Shown piece after piece: positions 37,608 to 45,102 of a stretch of DNA of 47,679 bases (position 1 is the first letter of the stretch; each line of letters starts with the position of its first letter). The translations under genes were made by a program, and so were the position numbers. Origin of the DNA: Kiritimatiellia bacterium (GTDB lineage Bacteria; Verrucomicrobiota; Kiritimatiellia; RFP12; UBA1067). The stretch is taken from assembly GCA_045545855.1 (NCBI GenBank), contig JAZQBR010000324.1:1-47679 (forward strand). The letters run 5' to 3'. The notes beneath the pieces are model-generated. The model worked only from the letters and a program-made list of their open reading frames with translations. It was not told where the DNA came from and made no database searches.

Positions 37608-38930
37608 TTAGTCGATCTTGATGTCGGTGTTGACGTTCTTTGAAAACGCGAGAGCGTATACGAACAGATAGGCGAGGCAGAGGGCGGGCACGATGAAGCC
37701 GGCCTCGAAACGCACATGGTCGCCGATGTAGCTCTGCACGAGCGGCAGCACGCCGCCGCCCACGACCATAGTCATGAACAGGCCCGACGCCTGCTCGGTA
37801 TACTTGCCGACGCCTTCGGTCGAAAGGTTGAATATGACCGACCACATGACCGAGGTGCACAGCCCCATCAGCACGAAGCAGAAGGCGCCGACCGGCACCT
37901 TGATCGTCTGGGCCGCCGCGCCCGCCTTGCCGGCTACCTCGTAAGGAATCGTCACATTGCACGCGATGAGCGAAACGCCCGCGACAAGAAGCGCGAGGGA
38001 TATGCCCGACGCCCAAAGCAGCATCGCGCGCGCCGAAACCTTGCCGCCGAACGCCGCGCCAAGCATGCGGCCCGCGAGCATCAGCAGAAACACCGCGCCG
38101 CCGAGAGTGCCGGCGACCACGGCCGCCGGGGCGCCGCCGCCCATGAGGTCCTTAATCTCCGTGGAGGACGTCGCCGCCGGTATGCCAGCCTCGACGCCCA
38201 TGTACAGAAAGATGCCTACTACGCCGAGAAGGCAGTGGCGAAACGCGAGCGCGCTGCGCTCGTAGACGACGTCCTTCGCGCGCGCCGTCGGGTTCTTGAT
38301 GGGCAGGAAGGCGATTATGACAGTCGCGGCGATGAATATCGCCATGGCCGTCAGAAGGACGCCCGTCACATCGCTGAACTTGGTGTCCTTAGTGACTTCG
38401 CCAACAACCATAGGCACGACGACCATCGAAAAGCCCTGGAACATCGAGTTGATAGCGCCGCCCGCGAGATTAAGCTGGTTGCCGCGGTTGCCGCCGCCCA
38501 CAATCGAGTTGAGCGTCGGGTTGATGACGCCGTTCAAAAGGCAGTTGGACGTACCGGATATGAACGCGCCCAGAAGATAGACAAACCACGCCGCCGGCAC
38601 CCCGCCGAGCAGCGCCCCGTCAAGCACGTGACCGGAGAGCAGCTGCACGCCGATGCCAAGCGCGCCGGAGCCCGTCGCGAGCAGAGTCGTCGTCTTGTAG
38701 CCGAACTTCTGAAGCACCAGACCGACGGGATAGCCCATCACTAGATACGCCAGGAAGTTCATCATATTGCCCATCATTCCGAGCGTGGCAGAACCGGCGA
38801 TGCCGGGCGCCTCGCCCCAGATACGGCCCGCCGGCGCGGCAAGATATGTCATGAAGCCGCAAAGACCATAGAGCGCGAACATCGTAACGATGGCAATCAA
38901 GTTGCCGCCTTTTCTATCCTGAGTGCTCAT
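37608..38930 (-). CDS. MFS sugar permease, FucP/GluP family
   Basis: Start MSTQDRK at 38930 after GGAGA; KFGYK, GIFLYMGVE, MWSVIFNL...GVGKYT, MVVGGGVLP. Confidence 0.88.
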   Translation of the reverse strand: MSTQDRKGGNLIAIVTMFALYGLCGFMTYLAAPAGRIWGEAPGIAGSATLGMMGNMMNFLAYLVMGYPVGLVLQKFGYKTTTLLATGSGALGIGVQLLSGHVLDGALLGGVPAAWFVYLLGAFISGTSNCLLNGVINPTLNSIVGGGNRGNQLNLAGGAINSMFQGFSMVVVPMVVGEVTKDTKFSDVTGVLLTAMAIFIAATVIIAFLPIKNPTARAKDVVYERSALAFRHCLLGVVGIFLYMGVEAGIPAATSSTEIKDLMGGGAPAAVVAGTLGGAVFLLMLAGRMLGAAFGGKVSARAMLLWASGISLALLVAGVSLIACNVTIPYEVAGKAGAAAQTIKVPVGAFCFVLMGLCTSVMWSVIFNLSTEGVGKYTEQASGLFMTMVVGGGVLPLVQSYIGDHVRFEAGFIVPALCLAYLFVYALAFSKNVNTDIKID

Positions 38931-38962
38931 TTTGTTTTTCTCCAATATTGGTGTTGTGGTAA

Positions 38963-38991
38963 AGTATACCGAATTTCGTCGCACGCGTCAA
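38963..38991 (-). promoter_or_regulatory. Internal promoter for the second permease and galK
   Basis: TTGACG (38991-38986), 17 nt, TATACT (38968-38963); the -35 contains the TGA stop of the upstream permease. Confidence 0.7.
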
Positions 38992-40217
38992 TCGCAAACA
39001 GGCGTTTTTGACGGCTTGGAGAGAAACGCCGCGTACGAGAACAGGTAGGCGAGACCGGCCGCCGAAACGACAAACGCGGGCATGAAGCCGGCCTTATCGG
39101 CTATGAAGCCCTGCGCAAGCGGCAACAGCCCGCCGCCTACAATCATCGCCATGAAAAGACCCGACGCCGCGTTCGTGTACTTGCCGAGGCCTTCGACCGC
39201 GAGGTTGAACGTGCACGGGAACATCACCGATGTGCAAAGCCCGCACGCCACGAAGCACCACGGCGAACCCGTCAAAATGCCTGCCAACACCAGAACCACG
39301 CCCGCCGCGCCGGTCGCCATCATCATCTGGCGACTCGACACCCGCCCGCCGACCGCGCTGCCCACAGCACGCCCGATTACCATCATAAGCCAATATGTCG
39401 ACGCCACCCCGGTCGCGTACTTGAGATCGCCCGTAGCTGCCGTAAGCCACGATATTATCGTCGCCGGTATGCCGACTTCGACGCCGACATAGCAGAAAAT
39501 GCCAACCACCCCGAAGAACGTGTGGCGGAACTTGAGCGGCGAAAGCACCGGGATGCGCTCCGTCGCGCGCACCCCCTCGGGATCTTCTATCTTAAGGAAC
39601 GAAAGAACGACGAATGTCGCCGCGAACACGCCGAGCGCAATGAAAAGAACCGGGTTCACCTGGGCGATGCTCTTCAGCTTGGCGATCTCGCCGATGCAGC
39701 TGCCGACGAGAAACGGCGTGAGAGTGCCGGTCACGCTGTTAAAGGTCATCCCAACGAGGTTCAGCTGGTTGCCGCGCTTGCCGCCGCCGCCGAGAGTGTT
39801 GAGCATCGGGTTGGTGACGACGTTCAAAAGACACATCGAAAGGCCCGCGACGAACGCGCCGGAGAGATATATGACGAAGCCCGTCGTCGCCGCGACGTCG
39901 AAGACGCCAGAAAGATACTGTATTAAAACCCCCGTAAACCCGGTCGCGACCGCCACAAGAGCCGTCTTCTTGTACCCTATCTTCGACAGGAGCATCCCGC
40001 TCGGCACGCCCATGAACAGATAAGCGAAGAAGTTCATGAAGTTGCCCAGCTTGCCAAGCGTGTTGGAGCCCTCCGGCAGCAGATAGCGCCAAACGTCGCC
40101 CACGGGCGCGGCCAGATTCGTGACGAACGATATCATACCGCACAGGAATATCATCGCAACAACCGCGATCCAGTTTATCCCCGGGCGAACCTGATCAACA
40201 GCTTTAGTCGTACTCAT
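38988..40217 (-). CDS. MFS sugar permease, FucP/GluP family (paralog)
   Basis: KIGYKK, GIFCYVGVEV, MFPCTFNL..EGLGKYT, MIVGGGLLP. Confidence 0.9.
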   Translation of the reverse strand: MSTTKAVDQVRPGINWIAVVAMIFLCGMISFVTNLAAPVGDVWRYLLPEGSNTLGKLGNFMNFFAYLFMGVPSGMLLSKIGYKKTALVAVATGFTGVLIQYLSGVFDVAATTGFVIYLSGAFVAGLSMCLLNVVTNPMLNTLGGGGKRGNQLNLVGMTFNSVTGTLTPFLVGSCIGEIAKLKSIAQVNPVLFIALGVFAATFVVLSFLKIEDPEGVRATERIPVLSPLKFRHTFFGVVGIFCYVGVEVGIPATIISWLTAATGDLKYATGVASTYWLMMVIGRAVGSAVGGRVSSRQMMMATGAAGVVLVLAGILTGSPWCFVACGLCTSVMFPCTFNLAVEGLGKYTNAASGLFMAMIVGGGLLPLAQGFIADKAGFMPAFVVSAAGLAYLFSYAAFLSKPSKTPVCD

Positions 40218-40258
40218 GATGGTTTACCGTAGACCTCCTTGGTTGAATTGTTGCGCAT

Positions 40259-40288
40259 ATTATACCTCACCCCTGCGACCGAAGTCAA
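40259..40288 (-). promoter_or_regulatory. Promoter for the first permease, divergent from tRNA-Asn
   Basis: TTGACT (40288-40283), 18 nt, TATAAT (40264-40259); AAGGAGG at 40240-40234. Confidence 0.7.
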
Positions 40289-40303
40289 GCGGCAAAAAAT
40301 TTT

Positions 40304-40346
40304 TTAAAATACCCCCTTGCGCGGCGGGGCCTAAATATGATATAAT
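40304..40346 (+). promoter_or_regulatory. tRNA-Asn promoter
   Basis: AT-rich upstream tract, TTGCGC (40317-40322), 18 nt, TATAAT (40341-40346) preceded by TGA. Confidence 0.75.
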
Positions 40347-40363
40347 ATGCGCCACTTGACCGT

Positions 40364-40438
40364 TCGGGCGTGGCGCAGTGGTAGCGCAGTTGACTGTTAA
40401 TCAATTGGTCGCTGGTTCGAATCCAGCCGCCCGAGCCA
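40364..40438 (+). tRNA. tRNA-Asn (GTT)
   Basis: Acceptor TCGGGCG/CGCCCGA, anticodon loop CT-GTT-AA (GTT at 40396-40398), GGTTCGAATCC T-arm, encoded CCA. Confidence 0.97.
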
Positions 40439-40451
40439 AGTCAAAGCAGGC

Positions 40452-40475
40452 AAACCCCGGTTTTTCCGGGTTTTT
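40452..40475 (+). terminator. Probable intrinsic terminator after tRNA-Asn
   Basis: CCCGG-TTTTT-CCGGG hairpin followed by a T tract. Confidence 0.55.
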
Positions 40476-40521
40476 CGCTTTTTATTGCACGTTTCAGCGC
40501 GACTTCATATCCGCCGCCTGC

Positions 40522-40890
40522 CTAGCGGAATACCGCCGCGACAGCTCGCTCCCACAGCGTCGCCTTTCTTACGCGCACCCGGTTGGCGTCTGTCGGAGTG
40601 AGTATGAGCCGCAGTTTTCCCCCGCCCGGCACCGCGAGCGGTACGGGGTGCTCGGCTATCCAACGGCGCCTCAACGGCATCGCGGTCTCGCCGTAGCCGT
40701 CTACACAAGCGACCGGCTCGCCCTCTCGAAGGTCTATAAATACGCGCGCGCCAAGCGCGTTTCGCGCGTCTAGAGTCATAAAAAGAATTCGCGGCCTCTC
40801 GTCAAGGCTCGCGAAGACTTCGGCGATGTACCGCCTCAGGGCTTCGGGCGCCGGGTCGTACGGATCCAGCTTCACAAAGACCCTCTCCAT
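40522..40890 (-). CDS. Hypothetical protein (122 aa)
   Basis: ATG start 7 nt after the acyl-CoA synthetase stop; protein-like composition; no recognisable motif. Confidence 0.55.
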   Translation of the reverse strand: MERVFVKLDPYDPAPEALRRYIAEVFASLDERPRILFMTLDARNALGARVFIDLREGEPVACVDGYGETAMPLRRRWIAEHPVPLAVPGGGKLRLILTPTDANRVRVRKATLWERAVAAVFR

Positions 40891-40896
40891 GCCGCG

Positions 40897-42633
40897 TCAG
40901 GCGTCGGGCCAAAGCTCGTGCGCCATCTCCCTCAGCTTGTACTTCTGTATCTTCTGCGACGCGGTCATGGGGAACACGTCGAGAAAGTGAACGTACTTGG
41001 GTATCTTGAACCACGATATCTTATCCTTGCAGAAGGTCGCGACATCATGCTCAGAAAGCTCCGCCCCGTCGGCCGGTATGATGAACGCCGCAGGCTGCTC
41101 GCCGTACTTCTTCGACGGGCAGCCTACAACCGCGACATCCTTGACGCCCGGCATCGTGCCCAGAAAGTCCTCGACCTCCTTCGGCGAGATGTTCTCGCCG
41201 CCGCGTATGATCAGGTCTTTCAGGCGCCCCGTAATATAGTAGTAGCCGTCTGCGTCCATCCTGCCGATATCGCCGGAATGCAACCACCCGCGCTCGTCTA
41301 TGCACTTCGCCGTCTGCTCCGGCATCTTGTAGTAGCCCTTCATCGTGTTGAACCCGCGGCAGCATATCTCGCCGTCGGTGCCGATCGGCGCCAGCTCCTG
41401 GGTGTCGGGGTTGATGATCGCGACCTCCACGCCCGGCAGCGCCTGCCCGATCGTCTGGCACTTGCGCTCGATCGACGGCTCGAAATAGCGGGTCATAGTC
41501 ATGACGGGGCCCGACTCAGTCAACCCGTAGGGGTTTGTCACCTCCTTCATGTACATGCGATCGAACACCTGCTGCATGCGGTGTACGGGGCACGCCGAGC
41601 CGGACATTATACCCGTCCTCAAACTCGAGAAGTCGAACTTCGGGAAGAGCGGATGGTCGAGCATCGCGATATACATCGTCGGCACGCCGTATGTCGCCGT
41701 GCAACGCTCCTTTTCGATGGACGTCATGACCTGAACCGGGTCGAACTTCTCGAGAAAGACCATCGTCGCGCCGTGGTTGACGCAGCTCATCACGCCCAGC
41801 ACGCAGCCGAAGCAGTGAAAGAGCGGCACGGGTATGCAGACGCGGTCGCGCGAGCTCAGATTCTGGCACGCGCCGATCCAGAAACCGTCGTTCGCGATAT
41901 TGCGGTGGGTAAGCTGGACGCCTTTCGGGAAACCCGTCGTGCCGCTCGTGTACTGCATGTTCACGACGTCGTTCACGTCGCACTCCGCCTGGCGCGCGAG
42001 GTAGTCGGCCCACGGCGTCTCTACCGCGAGCGACATGACCTCGTTCAGCGAGTACATGCCGCGGTGCTTCTCGCCGCCCAGAAACATCACGCGCTTGAGG
42101 TGCGGATATTTCGCGCTCTTGAGGTCGCCGCGCGGGCGCGTCTTCAGCTCGGGCACGAGCTTGTTCATGACCTCGACGTAGTCGCAGTCGCGATAGCCCG
42201 AGATGATGAATATGTTCTCCGCGTCAGACTGCCCGAGCGCGAAGTCCATCTCATGCTCTTTGTAGTTCGTGTTGAGCGGCAGCAGAATCGCGCCAATCTT
42301 CGCGGCCGCGAACATCAGCACCACCCAGTGCGGCACGTTCGTCGCCCAGAGGGCGATCTTCTCGCCGCGCTTGACGCCAAGCGCCATCAAGCCGCGCGCA
42401 AGGCGGTCGACCTCTTCGCCGAACTCGTACCAGCTCAGGCGAAAGTCCCTGTCAGCATAGACGACTGCGTCGTTCTCGCCGCAGCGGGCGATTGTCTGGT
42501 CCAGAAGCTGGCCCAGCGTGTATTCTCGCGTCACGGGCAGATTGTGCCACGCCACGCCTGTCGAGACGCTTTGGACGAACGGCGCCTTGCTGGGCGCCGT
42601 TCCAAAGGGATCCGTGAGTTTGAATTCCTTCAT
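40897..42633 (-). CDS. AMP-binding acyl-CoA synthetase
   Basis: True start MKEFKLTD at 42633; MQYTSGTTGFPKG, PLFHCFG, YGLTE, GWLHSGDIG, GRLKDLIIRGGENI, QKIQK. Confidence 0.93.
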   Translation of the reverse strand: MKEFKLTDPFGTAPSKAPFVQSVSTGVAWHNLPVTREYTLGQLLDQTIARCGENDAVVYADRDFRLSWYEFGEEVDRLARGLMALGVKRGEKIALWATNVPHWVVLMFAAAKIGAILLPLNTNYKEHEMDFALGQSDAENIFIISGYRDCDYVEVMNKLVPELKTRPRGDLKSAKYPHLKRVMFLGGEKHRGMYSLNEVMSLAVETPWADYLARQAECDVNDVVNMQYTSGTTGFPKGVQLTHRNIANDGFWIGACQNLSSRDRVCIPVPLFHCFGCVLGVMSCVNHGATMVFLEKFDPVQVMTSIEKERCTATYGVPTMYIAMLDHPLFPKFDFSSLRTGIMSGSACPVHRMQQVFDRMYMKEVTNPYGLTESGPVMTMTRYFEPSIERKCQTIGQALPGVEVAIINPDTQELAPIGTDGEICCRGFNTMKGYYKMPEQTAKCIDERGWLHSGDIGRMDADGYYYITGRLKDLIIRGGENISPKEVEDFLGTMPGVKDVAVVGCPSKKYGEQPAAFIIPADGAELSEHDVATFCKDKISWFKIPKYVHFLDVFPMTASQKIQKYKLREMAHELWPDA

Positions 42634-42662
42634 CTTCTTATTTGTGGGGTTTTGCTCTCGGG

Positions 42663-44603
42663 TCACACAATCTCCCGCGCGACCTTCAGCACATTTTCGA
42701 CAGTGAACCCGAACTTCTCGGCCAGCACCTTGTAGGGCGCCGACTCGCCGTAGCGCTCCATGGTGACGAAGCGCGTCGTCTTGTGGTCGAGCCTGAAGCG
42801 ATCCCAGCCGAAGCGCACGCCGGCCTCGACGATGATTCGCTTTTTCATGAGCTCGGGCGCGACGGAGTCGCGGTACTCGGCCTTCTGTGCGAGGAAGAGC
42901 TCCATCGAAGGCATCGACACGACGCGCACGTTCTTGCCTTCGGCCGCGAGCTTTTTCGCCGCCTCGATGGCGAGCGACACCTCGGAGCCCGAAGCGAGAA
43001 AGAGCAGCGTATCCATACCCTGCGCTCCGCTCTCGTAAATCACATAGCCGCCCTTGGCGACACCCTCGTGGCGGACGCCGGCGAGCGTCGGCAGATTCTG
43101 GCGCGTCGTCATGAGGCACGTCGGGCGCTTCACGTCCATAAGCATCTCGACAATCGCGAACCCGGTCTCGGTCGCGTCGGCCGGACGGTAGGAGACGACA
43201 CCAGGCATCGTCCTGAGCGCCGCGAGGTGCTCGACCGGCTCGTGCGTCGGACCGTCCTCGCCAACATAGAAGCTATCGTGCGAGAAGAAGAACAGCGACG
43301 GCAGCTTCATCAGCGCCGCGAGGCGCAGCGCCGGGCGGCAATAGTCGCTGAACACGAAAAACGTCGCGCCGTACCCGCGAAAACCGCCGTACGCCGTGAA
43401 ACCGTTCGCCATGGCCGTCATCGCGAGCTCGCGTATGCCGTAGTGGACGTTGCGGCCCGAGAAGTCGCCGGGGCCGATGTCGCCAAGCCCTTTCATGTAC
43501 GTCTTGTTGCTGGGCGCGAGGTCGGCCGAACCGCCCACGAGCCCGGGAACCACCGGCGCGAGCGCGTTCAGCACCTCGCCGCAGACGTTGCGCGTCGCGT
43601 GCGACGAGCCGATCTCGTACTTCGGCAGAGCCTCCACAAGCTTCATATAGTCGGGCTCGACCGTCTCGCCGGTGACGGACGGGTTGAGCCTGCGCCATCT
43701 CTTAGACAGCCTGTGCATCGCCGCCGAACGATCGGCGAACATCGCGTACACGTCCTCGGGCACGAAGAAGCTCTTCTCGGGGTCGAAGCCCAGCGCCGTC
43801 TTCATCGCCTTGGTTTCCTCCGCCCCGAGCGGCGAGCCGTGGCAGCCCGACGAGTCGTGCTTCGTCGGCGCCCCCTGGCCGATGTGGGTCTTCGCGATAA
43901 CGAGCGCCGGCGCGCCTGCCGTCTTGAGCGCGCGGCGGTATGTGCGGTCGATCGCGTCGTAGTCGTGACCGTCGCATGTGTAGACCTTCCAGCCGTAGCT
44001 CTCGAAACGCTTCTTCACATCGTCGGCCATCGAAATCGCGGTGGAGCCTTCGATTGTAATGCCGTTCGAGTCGTAAACCATCACAAGACCGTCAAGCTTC
44101 ATTGTGCCCGCCCAGCTGCACGCCTCGTGGGAGATGCCCTCTTCCATATCGCCGTCGCCGCAGAAAATCCACGTCTTGTTGGCGGAATTCGCCTTCTTTG
44201 CCGCGAGCGCGAGCCCGACGCCCATCGCCACGCCCTGGCCGAGCGGACCCGTCGTCACCTCGACGCCCGGGGTCACGCCGCGCTCGGGATGGCCTGCGCA
44301 ACGCGAACCGAACTGGCGAAAAGTCTTGAGTTCGTCGATCGAGAGCCCGCCAACGCCCGCGAGATGACTGAGCGCATAGACGAGCGAACTCGCGTGCCCG
44401 CCCGAAAACACGAGCCTGTCGCGCCCGGGCCACTTCGTGTCCTGCGGGTCGATGTTAAGGAACTTGAGCCAAAGGGATACCGCCAAATCGGCCATGCCAA
44501 GGGGCGCACCGGGATGACCCGAATTCGCCTTGTCAACCATGTCTGCACACAGGCAGCGGACCGTATCCGCCGCACGCTTGAGCTGTTCGTTTGTTAGTTT
44601 CAT
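42663..44603 (-). CDS. tkt: Transketolase
   Basis: SGHPGAPLG, GHPE, TTGPLGQG, GDGDMEEG, GSADLAPSN, YGIRE, GEDGPTHEP. Confidence 0.97.
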   Translation of the reverse strand: MKLTNEQLKRAADTVRCLCADMVDKANSGHPGAPLGMADLAVSLWLKFLNIDPQDTKWPGRDRLVFSGGHASSLVYALSHLAGVGGLSIDELKTFRQFGSRCAGHPERGVTPGVEVTTGPLGQGVAMGVGLALAAKKANSANKTWIFCGDGDMEEGISHEACSWAGTMKLDGLVMVYDSNGITIEGSTAISMADDVKKRFESYGWKVYTCDGHDYDAIDRTYRRALKTAGAPALVIAKTHIGQGAPTKHDSSGCHGSPLGAEETKAMKTALGFDPEKSFFVPEDVYAMFADRSAAMHRLSKRWRRLNPSVTGETVEPDYMKLVEALPKYEIGSSHATRNVCGEVLNALAPVVPGLVGGSADLAPSNKTYMKGLGDIGPGDFSGRNVHYGIRELAMTAMANGFTAYGGFRGYGATFFVFSDYCRPALRLAALMKLPSLFFFSHDSFYVGEDGPTHEPVEHLAALRTMPGVVSYRPADATETGFAIVEMLMDVKRPTCLMTTRQNLPTLAGVRHEGVAKGGYVIYESGAQGMDTLLFLASGSEVSLAIEAAKKLAAEGKNVRVVSMPSMELFLAQKAEYRDSVAPELMKKRIIVEAGVRFGWDRFRLDHKTTRFVTMERYGESAPYKVLAEKFGFTVENVLKVAREIV

Positions 44604-44610
44604 GCCCCAT

Positions 44611-44639
44611 ATTATAGCATATCTTCACCACGCCGTGAA
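44611..44639 (-). promoter_or_regulatory. Promoter, predicted leaderless tkt transcript
   Basis: ATATGCTATAAT ends 7 nt before the ATG; possible -35 TTCACG at 17-nt spacing. Confidence 0.7.
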
Positions 44640-44708
44640 GAGCCTTTCTGACAGAAATTGAAAAGCCCTTTCGCCGCCTTCGCGCTTCGCTTGCCGTGGG
44701 GGAAAGGA

Positions 44709-44793
44709 TGGTGCTCGGGGCGGGACTCGAACCCGCAAGGAGTTACCCACATGCACCTCAAGCATGCGTGTCTGCCAATTTCACCACCCGAGC
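44709..44793 (-). tRNA. tRNA-Leu (GAG)
   Basis: GCTCGGG acceptor, anticodon arm CATGC-TT-GAG-GT-GCATG, long variable arm, GGTTCGAGTCC, encoded CCA; 85 nt. Confidence 0.97.
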
Positions 44794-44813
44794 AGGTGTA
44801 GAAAACGGTGCAT

Positions 44814-44855
44814 AGTATACTATTTTTCTTCGCGTCGCGCAAGGGGGTATTTTAA
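44814..44855 (-). promoter_or_regulatory. tRNA-Leu promoter
   Basis: TTGCGC (44842-44837), 17 nt, TATACT (44819-44814); upstream 20-mer is identical to that of the tRNA-Asn promoter. Confidence 0.75.
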
Positions 44856-44904
44856 CTTTTTTTCATTTTCCCCGGACCATGACCTCGCCCCCTTTTTCAC
44901 GGAT

Positions 44905-44936
44905 AAAAAAAAGGCGCGCGGGGAAAACCGCGCGCC
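44905..44936 (-). terminator. Intrinsic terminator
   Basis: Minus strand GGCGCGCGG-TTTTCC-CCGCGCGCC followed by T8. Confidence 0.88.
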
Positions 44937-44957
44937 GGTAGGGGGGAAAACAAATGT
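44905..44957 (-). ncRNA. Candidate ~53-nt small RNA
   Basis: Bounded by an ATATGCTATAAT promoter (44975-44964) and a strong terminator; no complete ORF inside. Confidence 0.5.
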
Positions 44958-45102
44958 GCGCATATTATAGCATATCACATGCACCCACTGATATCCATTT
45001 ACGCAATAATCCTTTATCCTATTGCGCACCGCGTCTGGGATCTCTCCCCGCAACGTCGAGGGTGCCACACCAAGATAACTAGCGTAATCATCGGGTTTAG
45101 GC

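Noticed and set aside
2016-44597. Long plus-strand ORFs (e.g. 2016..4172, 4960..6822, 15656..18559, 25723..27276, 40918..42735, 42642..44597)
   Set aside because: They mirror well-supported minus-strand genes, have no recognisable motifs, and are the expected antisense shadows in high-GC DNA
40438-44709. tRNA 3' ends as prophage or island attachment sites
   Set aside because: No duplicated tRNA 3' fragment and no integrase found in the window
40304-44855. 20-bp inverted copies read as transposon terminal repeats or an invertible island between two tRNAs
   Set aside because: No transposase or recombinase, the cargo is housekeeping (tkt), and each copy coincides with a tRNA -35 region
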